From Urbifossiella sp. (lineage in GTDB: Bacteria; Planctomycetota; Planctomycetia; Gemmatales; Gemmataceae): 48,283 bases of DNA. The notes under the pieces were generated by a model, which ran no database searches, was not told where the DNA came from, and saw only the letters and a program-made list of their open reading frames with translations. Location: contig DATNBQ010000600.1 of NCBI GenBank assembly GCA_035571955.1, forward strand, positions 1 through 48,283, written 5' to 3'. This document shows positions 48,283 through 48,283 of this stretch, piece by piece. The position numbers were made by a program, and so were the translations under genes. Within the stretch, counting starts at the first letter, position 1; every line of letters begins with the position of its first letter.

Positions 48283-48283
48283 G

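Overview
GC-rich bacterial DNA, very likely from a planctomycete. This is inferred from the DUF1501, DUF1549/DUF1553 and DUF1583-type genes, the many WD40 and TPR proteins, and an ECF sigma remnant resembling those of Gemmataceae. About 24 genes are present, with no rRNA, tRNA, CRISPR array or transposase. In order: (1) a partial DUF1501 gene; (2) the conserved membrane protein-DUF4129-DUF4350-MoxR-DUF58 cluster with SpoIIM-like and RDD genes; (3) a secreted QW-repeat (prenyltransferase/squalene-cyclase-like) protein and a delta-9-type fatty acid desaturase; (4) a minus-strand run of a 3835-aa secreted TPR/DUF1583-like protein, a secreted WD40 protein, a BlaI repressor, a BlaR1/M56-WD40 fusion, DUF1549/1553, a Tat-exported DUF1501 and an EF-hand protein, with a visible promoter and operator upstream of blaI; (5) a divergent MoxR-DUF58-(Tat His-repeat protein)-BatA/vWA-vWA-coiled-coil operon; (6) about 1.2 kb of gene debris; (7) a partial alpha-2-macroglobulin with an intact CFEQ thioester motif. 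The best leads are the BlaI/BlaR-WD40 circuit apparently controlling a DUF1549-DUF1501-EF-hand module, the A2M bait region carrying two TM helices and a Gly/Met tract, and four intercistronic repeat elements (one heptamer array, three long hairpins). Family calls come from motif recognition only; no database searches were run.
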